From NCBI GenBank assembly GCA_048128005.1, contig JBEUKZ010000069.1, positions 124,001-188,000 on the forward strand: 64,000 bases of DNA, in the 5' to 3' direction. Every line of letters starts with the position of its first letter. The first letter of the stretch is position 1. Position numbers and translations under genes: made by a program. Origin of the DNA: Veleropilina oligotropha. Lineage: Eukaryota. Positions 11,989 through 25,520 of the stretch are shown here, one piece after another. A model generated the notes under the pieces. The model was given only the letters and a program-made list of their open reading frames with translations, had not been told where the DNA came from and searched no databases.

Positions 11989-14969
11989 ATTTATGATATA
12001 TCTCACATTTATAAAGAAACAAACTGTACAACGTTGTTTTTCATTTTCCTGACGCGTTATAATATTGCAGAAAGAGAAATTTGTAAATTGATTGTTGACG
12101 CCATGAAAAAGTGTCAATGAGTATGAAAAATAACTCCGTTCTTCATATACTATTTAAACCATAAAGAGCAACAAATGCGGTTATGCAAATAACTAATGTC
12201 GACTTTATATCAATTTATCATACTACTCCAACAAGCACTATTCAAATAACATCAAATGAACGACACGCGTGAAGGTTGTGTGTCAATATTGTGTCTATCG
12301 TTATCTAGTTTGAAGAGAGGTAGGCCTACGTGTCGTTTGCTGGCGACCACAGTTGGTCAACGTATATATACAGCATCAGAATCATATGCTAAATTTGTCG
12401 GCTTTGTATATGGTAACAATTATAAACACGTTTTCATAATAATTCTATAAAAATGCAACGTTAATATGTTAATTTCCATCTAAAATCAGTTCGAATCGAC
12501 GACAATATGGCGCCAATGAATGCAATGAAATGGACAGCTAGCATTCTAAATAGCGGGAACAATTTTGTAGGCTATAACTATCGGGAGTTAAACGATCTTA
12601 CCTAGCCGTCTGCACATTTTATTTAAACTAATTATTGGTCGTTAGTAGCAGTATTTTCCCTTGACCGTGGCTATGTTTTTTCTGATCGAGTAAAATCGTA
12701 AATAGTAAAAAATAGTCATACACCGTAAAAAATGACCTTTTGTGACACGCTCGGCCATTGGCTGTTAGTCTGATCCATTGATTAAATTATCCAATCAAAA
12801 ATAGAAAGTCGATATTAAACAGTATTTAATATCTATTTTATTAAACACTATGTAAAGATACCCGGATATATGATAAACGTAATATTGAATAGAGTGACGA
12901 AATCCACCGTCATATAGAACATTAACACTAAATCGAAAATACCGTAAGCCTATTAATCAAATAAATATTTACACAGAAGCGTTTAGAATCGTGTTTAGCG
13001 ATTTGGCTAATTTGACTCAAAAATAAATAGCCAAACTTCAAATAAATTATCAACAAATGTCTTTTTGTTGTTTCTCAACCATTTGTCACTCTTCTTCAAT
13101 AATTTAATTGTGATATCACAAACATCTACCATGATAAAAAGGGAAGTATTTCAAACTTTTAAGCATAACTCTGTATTTTCTTTCTGATTTTGCGAATGAC
13201 AGCTTAAACCCTGTGAAGGAAAAGGGCGCACCTAGCGGCGCCCGGAAACCTGCCCTTGTCTCCGACATAATGATGATGACTTTAACTATTCTCTTCTCCA
13301 ATCATGTTTACTATACACAAGAATATTCAGGCAGTACTATTATGTTTATCACAAATCAAAGAAGATGTATTATTAACCTGTGAAAGCTGAACAGGTGACC
13401 AAATTTGATATATTGACTTTAAGATCAACGGATTCGTTATATTTACCTCCCAAGCAACAAACATGACGTTATAACTAATACCATGCGCTCGCCTTTTGTT
13501 CAATGGGAGCGGAAAAAATACGCTGTCCTAGCAATATGTATTGGTGTCATCAATTTTTGTTTAATAATGTATGCTTTGCATACTGTTATTCAATATAGTC
13601 AAGTAAGGGGTGTAAGTAATTATTTCATAATATGCTTCATTTGATAATTATATACGTGTGTCCTTAATAATAATTTGTATGATGTCCATTGTTTATAAGG
13701 TGTTTAAAGAAATTATCCTATTGTTGCTAGTATACACTCCCGTTTGACTGTTGCCATTACAGCTGGGGTAAAATTATAAATCATTCTATAAAATAGTCCC
13801 TGTGGATTTCCCAGAAAGCTGTCCAACCTATAATTATTACATGGGGGGGTACATGGGGGGGGGGGGGGGGTATATAAATGAAAAATATGACACCAGCTGT
13901 TTTAGAGCAGACGGTGTCCATCCCTCCCCCTTGGCCCCCCGGCTATAGCAAGCAATCATTATTTGGAATTCCTTCTGAAATACAAATATTTACTGAAAAT
14001 GGTCAAACTTGTTATGATAACATTAGAAACAAATATCGTACTGTAGTCGGCAACCTGTTTAATGACTCTACCTGTTCAGACCGAAACAAAGATCATATGC
14101 CTTCATGTAGTTCAACACGAAAGTGATCTACTTTCAATACTTGTTTCAACATGTGAATTTAGAGAGTCTGATGCAGAATACACGGCGATATAACGCCACA
14201 TACTATTTGATTTACATACAATTACTCTATTTTTAGATAACACGTTTTTCTTACTGGTATTGAAACTTACAATTGATGGTCACGGCTGCATTACATCACA
14301 CCAGCATGTTTATGACCTAAAAAGACGCAAGTACTATCGTAATATAGAAAGGTGATTCAATTCATCTAAAACCTTAGTTCACAAAGTGGTTTACAAGGCA
14401 CTTTATCTTTTCGATTATCTGCTAGACAAAAATTATCTGCATTATATGTTCCAGTAAATAGTATTCACCTTAAAACACAATGTCCTTCACAAACGTTACC
14501 AAAATATGTACGCAACGTCTATGATCATATGATAGGTCTGTACACATCAGCAATTGACATATGCAAGTCATGTACACGTTAGCTTTCCATTATGGCATGG
14601 TTTCAATTCACTCTTTCAAATTGTAAGGCTCTCCGCGCACTTACGTTAACAGTTAATATCGTTTTAAGTACTTCATGAATATACAGTATGACCTATACTA
14701 TTTACATATATATCCTTCATCAATCTATTATATTCAATTTCCGGCGACAGCGTACTTTTTTGGTATTCTAAGCCACGACGTGCCACGTATGAGTAGGCAT
14801 GTGCGCTTTGAGGGAGGTTATTCACGTAAATGATCGATTTCACACGACGCACTGATGAGGCTTTTCTCCAGTATGGATATAAGCATATGCCTCTTCAGAT
14901 TATTTGATTGTGAAAATGTCTATTGCACACGACGCACTGATGGGGATTTTCTCCAGTATGGATTAGCAT

Positions 14970-15370
14970 ATATCTTACCTCCAACAAGTTTCCACGATAG
15001 CGATTGGGTTAGACCCATCACGTGTCGACGGTGTATAATCCATATTGGGTCAGTTCACCTTCATATGGGGTCGGTATAGAGTTATCGCCCCTGTCAGTGC
15101 CTGTGGCTTACAAATCGATAAACAATATGGCGGCCAAAAAACGGTTCGCTCAGACGACACCACAGGAATGTGACCGGTTTAGACAGGTTAAAGTGTAAAA
15201 AAAGGTTGTCGGTAAGATATATTCGTTACATGGTGCTTTAGTGACGTAATATGGTATATACAGGGTGAGTAGAATTCATATCAGGCTCGAGCTTCGCTCT
15301 GGCCTGATATGAATTCTACTCACCCTGTATATACCATATTACGTCACTAAAGCACCATGTAACTAATAAT
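14970..15370 (+). mobile_element. Young non-autonomous SIR-plus-hairpin element inserted in the ZNF pseudogene
   Basis: 5' ATATCTTACC has an inverted copy GGTAAGATAT at 15211. Perfect 62-bp arms lie at 15225-15286 and 15302-15363. Removal restores GGATTAGCATATGCCTCTTC finger sequence with no TSD. Confidence 0.85.
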
Positions 15371-15837
15371 ATGCCTCTTCACATGACTGGCTGGTGAAAA
15401 TGTCTTATTGTGCACGACGCATTGATGGATTAGCATATGCTTCTTCAGATTACTTGATTGTGAAAATGTCTTATTACACACAACACAATGGTGTGGTTTA
15501 TCTCCAGTATGGGATAGCATATGCTGTTTCATATTATTTGAGTGTCAAAATGTCTTGTCGCACTGATGTGGTTTCTCTCTAGTATGGGATAGCACGTGCG
15601 TATTCAAATTACTTGATTGTGAAAATGTCTTATAACACACAACACACTGGTATTGTTACCCTCCAGTTTGGAGTAGCATGTGCGTCTTCAGATTACATGA
15701 TTGCGAAAATGACATAACACACAACACACTGGTGTGGTTTATCTCTAGTATGAGTTAGCATGCGAGTATTCAGACTACCTGATCGTGAAATTGTTGTATT
15801 ACATACAGCACACTGTTGTGTTTTTTCCCCGGTATGA

Positions 15838-16099
15838 GGAGGAGGAGGAATTATGCTTAATGTCCTGTATATTTATAACATCGAGGTTCAAGGCAGGACA
15901 TGCCCGTGTTATCGCGGGAGGAAACCCCGGTCGCCGGGTAAACCCGCCCTCTTCGGCCAGTCACGGACAACTGTGCTTCATAACTTGAACAAATGTGTGC
16001 TGCCTCAGCCGAGGGTGGATCCCACTACTGTTCGCGTCAGCGGAAACAAGCCAGTGAAGTTAGAGTGGACACTCTACCCACTGCGCTACCGAAGCGGCC
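15838..16099 (-). mobile_element. Full-length tRNA-derived SINE with a V-domain-like core
   Basis: 12-bp TSD TCCCCGGTATGA at 15826-15837 and 16100-16111. A-box GGTAGCGCAGTGG, core GGGTTTACCCGG..GGTTTCCTCCC and a (CCT)n tail. Confidence 0.88.
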
Positions 16100-16706
16100 T
16101 CCCCGGTATGAACAAGCATGTGTTTATTAAGATTACACATGGCATTTAAAGCTTTGCGACACAAACAGCACTTGTATGGTTTTTGGCCTGTATGACGACA
16201 CAGATGCACTTTCAGACTTTGCAAATCAGTAAATTTGTCTTGTCGCACAAGCTGCACTGCTGTCGGATTTCACGCGTTTTCGTGTGACGTCTCAGATTCA
16301 TTTCATCAGATAATGTTTTATCACACATATAACATTATCGTGGATCCATTCTTACTGTATTACTTATCAAAGTGTACATATGAGTAAATAACACGGTTAT
16401 TTTCCATACGTCACTTACGGGTATTATACTTAATTATATGCCAGTCATTTTATGACGCCTATTCTCGCGCAGTTTTCCGAGACCCTGTATCACGGACACA
16501 GTTGATATCGATTCAAAAAACGTCTCCTGCTTATATATTCACAGGAAAATGTCACCTGCTTATACATTCAAAATGGCTGACAAATCGTAGGAACTACTTC
16601 CAATATAGTCCTATACTATTTCAACCTCCCTTACAGATTCGTGACTAAAATTACCATAATCTTTCGATTCAATTTAATAAGAAACTTGTTGTGGCATATA
16701 ATAAAA

Positions 16707-16875
16707 ATGTTATCAGTTATTGTGTGGATTTTGGCACATCGGAAACCTCTCGTGACGTCGTAGTTTTGAGGCAGATCAATCGCTCGAACTTCGTTCTCGC
16801 GATTAATCCGCCGCAAAAACCATGACGTCACTCGAGGTTTTCGATGTGCCAGTATCCACACAATACTGATAACAT
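16707..16875 (+). repeat. Long imperfect hairpin with the same apex type as the SIR-plus-hairpin elements
   Basis: Arms ATGTTATCAGT-ATTGTGTGGAT...ATCCACACAATACTGATAACAT. Apex CTCGAACTTCGTTCTCG at 16783-16799. Confidence 0.75.
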
Positions 16876-16963
16876 CATTGTATTAGCAGACTGACGTGCA
16901 AAGTATTTCACGAAGTTCAATAAAGGCTTGGGATCCACCACAGTGCATTCCCAACCTAAAAGT

Positions 16964-19218
16964 GCCTTATCTGCAGTCGTGGCATAGTTAAAGCCTTATC
17001 TGCAGCCATGGTACAGTTGTAGCCTCATATGCAGCCGTGGTACAGTGGCAGCCTCATCGGCAGCCGTGGTACAGTGGTAGCCTCGTCTGCAGCCGTGGTA
17101 CAGTGGTAGCCTTATCTGCAGCCGTGGTACAGTGGTAGCCTTATCTGCAGCCGTGGTACAATGGTAGCCTTGTCTGCAGCCGTGGTACAGTGGTAGCCTT
17201 ATCTGCAGCCGTGGTACAGTGGTAGCCTCATCTGCAGCCGTGGTACAATGGTAGCCTTGTCTGCAGCCGTGGTACAGTGGAAGCCTTATCTGCAGCCGTG
17301 GTACAGTGGCAGCTTTTTCTGCAGCCGTGGTACAGTTGTAGCCTTATCTGCTGCCGTGGTACAGTGGAAGCCTTATCTGCAGCCGTGGTACAGTGGTAGC
17401 TTTATCAGCCGTGTTACAGTGGCAGCCTTACCTGCAGGCGTGGTACAGTGGTAGCGTTATCTGCAGCCGTGGTACAGTGGTAGCCCCATCTGCAGCTGTG
17501 GTACAGTGACATCCTTATCTGCAGCCGTGGTACAGTTGCAGCCTCATCTGCAGCCGTGGTACAGTTGTAGCCTTATCTGCAGCCGTGGTACAGTGGTAGC
17601 CTTATCTGCAGCCGTGGTACAGTGGTAGCCTCATCTGCAGCTGTGGTACAGTGGAAACCTTATCTGCAGCCGTGGTACAGTTGTAGCCTCATCTGCAGCC
17701 GTGGTACAGTTGTAGCCTTATCTGCAGCCGTGGTACAGTGGTAGCCTCATCTGCAGCCGTGGTACAGTTGTAGCCTTATCTGCAGCCATGGTACAGTGGT
17801 AGCCTCATCTGCAGCCATGGTACAGTTGTAGCCTCATCTGCAGCTGTGGTACAGTGACATCCTTATCTGCAGCCGTGGTACAGTTGTAGCCTCATCTGCA
17901 GCCGTGGTACAGTTGTAGCCTTATCTGCAGCCGTGGTACAGTGGTAGCCTTATCTGCAGCCGTGGTACAGTGGTAGCCTCATCTGCAGCTGTGGTACAGT
18001 GGAAACCTTATCTGCAGCCGTGGTACAGTTGTAGCCTCATCTGCAGCCGTGGTACAGTTGTAGCCTTATCTGCAGCCGTGGTACAGTGGTAGCCTCATCT
18101 GCAGCCGTGGTACAGTTGTAGCCTTATCTGCAGCCATGGTACAGTGGTAGCCTCATCTGCAGCCATGGTACAGTTGTAGCCTCATCTGCAGCTGTGGTAC
18201 AGTGACATCCTTATCTGCAGCCGTGGTACAGTTGTAGCCTCATATGCAGCCGTGGTACAGTTGTAGCCTTATCTGCAGCCGTGGTACAGTGGTAGCCTTA
18301 TCTGCAGCCGTGGTACAGTGGTAGCCTCATCTGCAGCTGTGGTACAGTGGAAACCTTATCTGCAGCCGTGGTACAGTTGTAGCCTCATATGCAGCCGTGG
18401 TACAGTTGTAGCCTTATCTGCAGCCATGGTACAGTTGTAGCCTCATCTGCAGCCGTGGTACAGTTGTAGCCTTATCTACAGCCGTGGTACAGTGGTAGCC
18501 TCATCTGCAGCCGTGGTACAGTTGTAGCCTTATCTGCAGCCATGGTACAGTTGTAGCCTTATCTGCAGCCGTGGTACAGTTGTAGCCTTATCTGCAGCCG
18601 TGGTACAGTTGTAGCCTTATCTGCAGCCGTGGTACAGTGGTAGCCTCATCTGCAGCCGTGGTACAGTGGTAGCCTTATCTGCAGCCGTGGTACAGTGGTA
18701 GCCTGAACTGCAGCTGTGGTACAGTGGTAGCCTCATCTGCAGCCGTGGTACAGTGGTAGCCTTATCTGCAGCCGTGGTACAGTGGTAGCCTGAACTGCAG
18801 CTGTGGTACAGTGGTAGCCTCATCTTCAGCCGTGGTGCAGTTGTAGCCTTATCTGCAGCCGTGGTACAGTGGTAGCCTGAACTGCAGCTGTGGTACAGTG
18901 GTAGCCTCATCTGCAGCCGTGGTACAGTGGTAGCCTTATCTGCAGCCGTGGTGCAGTTGTAGCCTTATCTGCAGCCGTGGTACAGTGGTAGCCTGAACTG
19001 CAGCTGTGGTACAGTGGTAGCCTCATCTTCAGCCGTGGTACAGTGGTAGCCTTATCTGCAGCCGTGGTGCAGTTGTAGCCTTATCTGCAGCCGTGGTACA
19101 GTGGTAGCCTGAACTGCAGCTGTGGTACAGTGGTAGCCTCATCTTCAGCCGTGGTACAGTGGTAGCCTGAACTGCAGCTGTGGTACAGTGGTAGCGTTAT
19201 CTGCAGCCGTGGTACAGT
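16964..19218. repeat. 29-bp tandem array, left block (about 78 units)
   Basis: Consensus TATCTGCAGCCGTGGTACAGTGGTAGCCT, contiguous with no spacers. Confidence 0.97.
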
Positions 19219-20249
19219 CCCAGCCAGCACACTGATATCGGGCCGATATCGGATGTAAAGCGGAATATCGGTAAAATATACCAACATCGGCCCGATGTTG
19301 GGCCAATGTTCTACCGACATTCCAATATTCCAGCATACAAGTTTTTATAGCAATTGCCAGAAGACTGTCCATTTAAATTATTTAAGTGCGCTTCTTTCCA
19401 AACAACTAAAAATTAAACTATATTTTTGAAAAATTAATATCGGGCCGATGACTTGCTGATGTCTATTTCTTAACTAGGGGAGATTACTCGTACGAGGAAC
19501 CGTAAGCGATTGAGTTTTGTGCGTTTCGGTTAAATATGATGTCATTTCAATTATATGAATGGATATTACCTTCGTATTGTCGATTGTTTTCTGTTTTTAG
19601 TGTTGTATTTGAATATATTAATACTTTTTATTATCTTTTAAATTGAATTTTCATCCACGAACGATGCGCGTAGTATTCTCTGCGAATCAACCGGAAACTA
19701 GAAATTGCGCGTTTTTCGAAGACCGCCAGAGAAACTCAGAGAAACGGTGAGAGTTTTTTGCCATTCTTGTCATAAGATTAGAATTACAGTATTTGAATGT
19801 ATATTATTGCTAAGATCTGTCACGATTTTGTATAGCATTTTAAAATGTTTATGTAAGCAGCTCTGGTTGTGATGAACCAGATTTCGTAAATATTGTAGTT
19901 TTTCATCACACGCCATGCAAGTTGCCTTGTCTGAATATTAATTATCACTATATCGTGTAACCCAAATGTAAACGGGCTATTTTATAATATTTAACATGAT
20001 ATACAAGCACATAGGCTTACAAGTTTCTTGCATGACTTAAATTAAACATATTTTTGTCCGGTCGAGACAGCTAGGTTTCATCAACTGGAAATTTTATTTA
20101 TATTTTATAAATAACTATAAAATTATATACAATATTATAGGGCCTATAAATTAAATAGAATTTGTTTGGGTTTAGAAAGTGCATCACTAGCTGCTAGTGC
20201 TACTCATATAAAACCCATTTTGGCCTCTTCGTCATCTACAGCCTATCGT

Positions 20250-20528
20250 GCCTTTAGTTTTAAAGTGTTCATCAATGCAATTTTAAAATTGATTTACAGA
20301 TGTTGATTTCACAACATTACTAGGAAGATTATTCCATTCCTCTACCATCCGATTTGAGAAAAGGTGTTTTCTAACACCTATCATTGATCTTTTTTGAAAA
20401 TTTTGTATTTATGCCGTCTAGTGTTACTTTGATTTCTTTGAAAAATATAGTTGCTATCGGCATTGTCTTTCACTGTAAATATTTTGAATAATTGAATTGT
20501 ATGTGCCCTCTTATCCTTCTCAATTTCA
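20250..20528 (-). mobile_element. 3' fragment of a CR1-like LINE
   Basis: Minus-strand FKIF..NTRRHKYKIFKK..RKHLFSNRMVEEWNNLP..SVNQFKNCID, a typical CR1 ORF2 C-terminus. Confidence 0.7.
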
Positions 20529-20603
20529 ATGTTGTCGTACCATAAAAAAGCCTTTGCCTTTTCCCTGTTTGTTAACGCAACCGAAAGCTTGACACTCCGG
20601 CAT
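20529..20603 (-). pseudogene. Truncated THAP-domain N-terminus
   Basis: MPECQAFGCVNKQGKGKGFF matches the M-x-x-C-x-A-x-G-C-x-N...FF start of THAP and abuts the LINE fragment. Confidence 0.5.
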
Positions 20604-21193
20604 GTTGCCGTCATAACAATGTGGATGAACTGTGATTTCACGGCCGACCCATGCACTGTCGTCTGCAGCAGGTGTGGGATCTACGTCACATCTCGCATAT
20701 TCATGCTCTCGCTCGGGCCAATATGGCGTCAATCATACTGCTTGTGTGTGTCGTTGATGTCGATATGTTTTTATTGAAATACAAAGAATTGGGCGAAGGT
20801 ATCAATAAAATTTAAACGGCCAACATGTTTAAACACCCATATATGTGTACTGCATAAGTGAAAGACCATCGTTGGCTATAACTTTAATGTTGGTCAATTG
20901 ATGTTTTCTTTGACTTTATCATTTATGTCGGATGAACATCACAGGTCATATAATATTTTTTGAAATATTTCCTACGTACAGCATAGAATATTTATTAATA
21001 ATGTATGCCCAGGTAACAACATATTTAAAAAAATACTGCTGGTGCTTAAGTTAACTGTTGCCCAAGTGTATATTTCACACTTATATAATATGAAAACACA
21101 CTTTTGAGAAATGAATAATTAATGTGTTAGTTAATTAATGTGTTAGTTACTATACATGTATGCTATATGACATTATGTTATTTATCTTAACAG

Positions 21194-24100
21194 AGTCATA
21201 TGACAAGGTCAGAAGTAAATTGAAAAGGGCAGAGGAAGATTCTGATCTCGCAAGTACTGCAGTTTCTGATGACTCCGATGATGAACAAGTTAGGAGATCT
21301 AAAAGGAAGAGGAGGTTTGTACAGATTAATTCGTATAATATGGTGTTCCATTGACTTTGAGCATAAACCTGTCTTGAACATTATTATTACTGGTCCTATT
21401 ATAGTATGAGACCCAAGGGTGCTGGCCAGTTATTTTCAGTTTGCACCAGTGAAATTTACTATGCCATGGCATTAAGAAGACTGCTTTAATGAAATACATT
21501 TTTGATCTGTAATTTAGTCAACTAAAAGGTTAATTATTAAAGACTGCTCATATTATTATTTTGTAATTGTGTTGAACATATTTATGTGTAGCACCAATGG
21601 CAAAGTGCAAATGAAACAGGTTTTTGACCATGAAGGCCCCAATATATAATTCTATTCATTGTATTTTATTATTCCTATATTTCACATGTACATGTATTAA
21701 TTGGCACTATATTTATAAACATTTTCCCCTAAATGTACTGAAACAGTGTCATAACCAGGCAGCTTGTGTATCTCAATGACCCCGCGTTAAAGTTACTGGT
21801 TAAAGTTTCCATATGCTATCGATACTGTCACCAAAGTATAAAAGCAAAGCTACCATGAGGCAAAACTGAGAAAAAAGAAGATAACTTAATAGAATCGATT
21901 GGCACGTTGTGCTTAGTAAAGCATGTGAAGTGTCTGTTACCAGCATCTTGACAAAAATAACTCTGCTTTAAGCAGGTGTTCGTTATTTACAGGAATTTCT
22001 ATATGGCAAATTTCTGTGGGGATTCCTGAGGGTGTCCGTTATGAGCAGGTTTCTGCCTTGACAGGTCTATCTGCGGATTTAAAAAAATAAATTGCTTTTC
22101 CCTATTGTAAATAAAATATAGCTAATCTCATTTTTTTTGTTTTATGCATTAGAGCAAGACAGGCATCATCATCGTCAGATGATGATGTTCATCCATTACC
22201 ACCACCGAAACCAACATCTAGACCCATTACCAATTCTCGACCACTACCAAAGCCACCAACCCCAATTCCAAGTATTGAACCACCACAGACAACTGTTTCA
22301 GGTAATGCCGGTAATCCCCAACCCCAACTCCAAGGTTTCAACCAACACAGACAACAGCTTCAGGAACTGCCTTAATGACTCGAGGAGTTTCCCATGGTAA
22401 ATATAAATATTGCAATATACTATAGTACCAGGTTTCTGCTCAGCATTTTGTGATATTTTGTATTTGACAAATTTGTTACAAGAATATGGAAATGGTATGT
22501 TAACATCGAATTGCTTATTTTAATTATAATCGTATGTTTACTATGTTTAATCAAATGTCAACATTAGTTTCTCAAGAACAATATTTTCTCAAAATCGCGC
22601 AACGTGATTTTTTGTCAAAATCTCATGCCATGATAACGCACATTGTCGGAATACTTCATTACATTCTGTCACCATGTAGCAGATCTTGGAAACAGACGAG
22701 ACTAATATAGGTGACTTGTCGCTTTGTCAAGAACAATGGCATCCCAAAATGTATATGTAAAATGTCATGCTTCTAACAACATATCAAGTTCATACACGCC
22801 ATCTCCGGCCAATTTTAGGCAACCGTGACTGGTAGCTGAAAAAATAATGCAATTGCCCTAACCAAGGTTCGAACGCACATATGCTAAAGCAGTTAAGCCA
22901 TGGATTTCCGAGTTGGTGGATGAATTTGGAGAAACTTTTAAAAAGTAGCATACACGTATAATATTCCAATTGATAAAATTCTTAAGTTCTGACAACATAT
23001 TCAGACAGTATTAATGACTGCTATTTTTCATGATTACTGGTGATTATAAGAGGAATTAAATGCCCTCAAGAAAATAATAAACTGTACTTGCTGTTTAAAT
23101 TTATTGAATTTATTGATGGTTTGTTTTCATTTTAGCCCGAGATATAAGGATGTTCACTCTTCTGGAGAGCACCGAAGCTACACAAAAGAAACAGCAGGAG
23201 ATGTTGGACAACATATGGCGGGTAGTGGAGGGAATTTCGGCTGGAACGGGTACAGCGGTGTCCATTCTTGACAGTCTACCAGATGACATGAAGCTTCCCG
23301 TGCAGACCCAGGAGGACCTAGATGATGTAGAAGAAATGCTCGGCGAAAAAATAGTCTTCTCATCTCTGGTAAGAATAAAATTCCTAGTGCTGTTTGTTTT
23401 GTTATTGAAACTTAATTAAGATATCAGCAAAAAGAAAAAGAGTAACTGATGAAAGGGGAATTCTTTCATGCTTAAGAAGAAGGATAGGGAACTTTCACAT
23501 AATCGTATGCAGGATTTATTATGAGAGTTATGGCCCTTTATTGACTTTTCATTTCCGGGCAATAACTTGAGAATGGTTTCGTGGATTTAAATTAAATTTG
23601 TCATTCAAGTGTATGATCATAATAGCTAGATGGTGTTCAATTTCGGTAAAATTCTGACGTCGCTTTATGAAGTTATAGCCCTTGATTCACTTAGAACATT
23701 TTTTACACAAATTTCATGACACCGAGTATTCCTTCAATATTTACGGATGGCACCATAGGCGACACATTCACTTCGTGGAATTCTTGTTAACATGACTATC
23801 CAGGAGCTCTCATGGATGGGTTATGGGCCTTATTCACAATGGTAAAACGTTATCAATTTTCCAAAGCTCAAACATAATTAACGGTGAGCGTATTTATGCA
23901 TACTGTATACAGACCTTGACATAATACACTATATTGAAGGGAAAACATCCGCTCATGAGTCGTGTTCAAAGGATTAATTAACAACAATCCATCCATCTAG
24001 TTGATGAAAGTAATTGTTTCCAGTGTTTTTCCAAAAAACATGCACATGTAATAAAATTCTGGCTACTAATTTCAAATCTTTTAGTAACCAATATGTTGGT

Positions 24101-24961
24101 GATGCATTTACCATCTCTTTGATGAGTTAAAATATTTTCAGGTTAATCATCTATCTGTCCTTGGTGGGAAGAGTATAAAGGATATGGTACGGAGGGTACT
24201 AAAAAACATCATTGCATCCAGCCTTGCAGTGTCGTTCAATTGGTATGGGAAAAAGGGGAAATCTGCATTTGGAAAGCTGAAACTGACTTCAGTACTGCAG
24301 AGTAAGTGCCATGTAATTTAAACATTCTGAAGAATAACATAAGTTGTCGATCGAGTCATGTCACAGTAGTATACGGTATGCTGTGCACACTCTGTAATTG
24401 GATTACTGTTGTTTCAGCCATTTGTCAACCAATAATACGTTGACATTTCGATGTGCTGGTCGCTTCCCAAGTCAAAAGTGAACTAGGCACCGGCTGCCAG
24501 ACTTTATACAAGCAGCCCGGCCTTTAAATATTGCACCAATAGTTGTGCCATGAAATGTTTTTCTTTTGCAAATGGTAATAGTACTATAGTTATCCTCCCT
24601 CATCAACCTATTAAATAACTAATGTACCAATTGCCAGTTGATTGCCAAAATTATGAAATATTTTAGTTTTAGAGCATAACTACGTTCAAGACAACTTTAC
24701 AAAATTTTGTAAACATGTAAGCCTATATATTGTGATCTAGTATTATGAAAGTGTTTAATCAATTTATTTGTCAAGGATCAAATGCGATTGTATACATAGT
24801 ATTTTGTAAAAAATATATTCTGCCATTTTTCAGAAGCAGTAAGGAAATCCAAGCCAGAGGCTACTGAAGCTGAGGTAGAGATGGTTGTTCGAGACTGGCT
24901 TCGAACTGCCAGCGACAGGGATGGAGGAAGATTGAATAGGCGCACACATCCTCATTTATAA
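21194..24961 (+). CDS. Spliced DUF4806-like transposon accessory protein. Exons 21194-21314, 22153-22301, 23136-23368, 24142-24301, 24834-24961; 5' coding exon not found
   Basis: All introns are GT-AG with compatible phases (2,1,0,1). The protein reads SYDKVRSKLKRAEEDSDL, a Pro-rich linker, LPVQTQEDLDDVEEML, LGGKSIKDMVRRVL..LAVSFNWYGKKGKSAFGKLKL, TEAEVEMVVRDWLRTASDRDGGR. Confidence 0.8.
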
Positions 24962-25520
24962 ATATAGAAGATTCTGGTTAATAACATACCCCCTGTCTGA
25001 AAAAATATGTTATTAACCGAATTATATAATCTTATAAAGCAGTTTTGCTATTTTGACATTTAAATTGTTTCTTGTCATAATCTCATTCTGACAGTCAGGT
25101 ACACAATTATTAATAGGAAACTATAGAAAAGCTAACATCATAATGCACATTTACTTAAGATGTTATTTGTAAAAGAAAGACTCCGTAAATGTAAATAATT
25201 GTATTGGCAAAGTTGCAAGTTTTTAAAACTATAAAATGTATGTAGTGTCAAACAGTTCATGGGAAGAGATAAAGTAATATTAATAATTTTTTAACCAACT
25301 GATGTTTGAAATGTTTGTTTGCATTAATGATATGATTTTATTTGCAGTATCTTAAATAAATTATTGAAAACTCTAACTTGTTATAAATGCAACAGGCATA
25401 TATTACTGTTTGTTTAATTTGTGAATGTAGCCGACACAAATTGGTTAATTACTGTCTTGAGTGGGTCTTTTATGGATGGATGCATCTCTCTCTGATGACT
25501 CATTAGTTTTTTGTTCTGTA

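Larger units (their letters stand above)
14780..16350 (-). pseudogene. C2H2 zinc-finger pseudogene paralogous to 426-1358, interrupted by two insertions
   Basis: Begins MDPR*CYMCDKTLSDEMNLRRH (compare MEPEKCDVCDKNF). It has many [23 protein letters not shown] units with stops and frameshifts. Confidence 0.9.
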
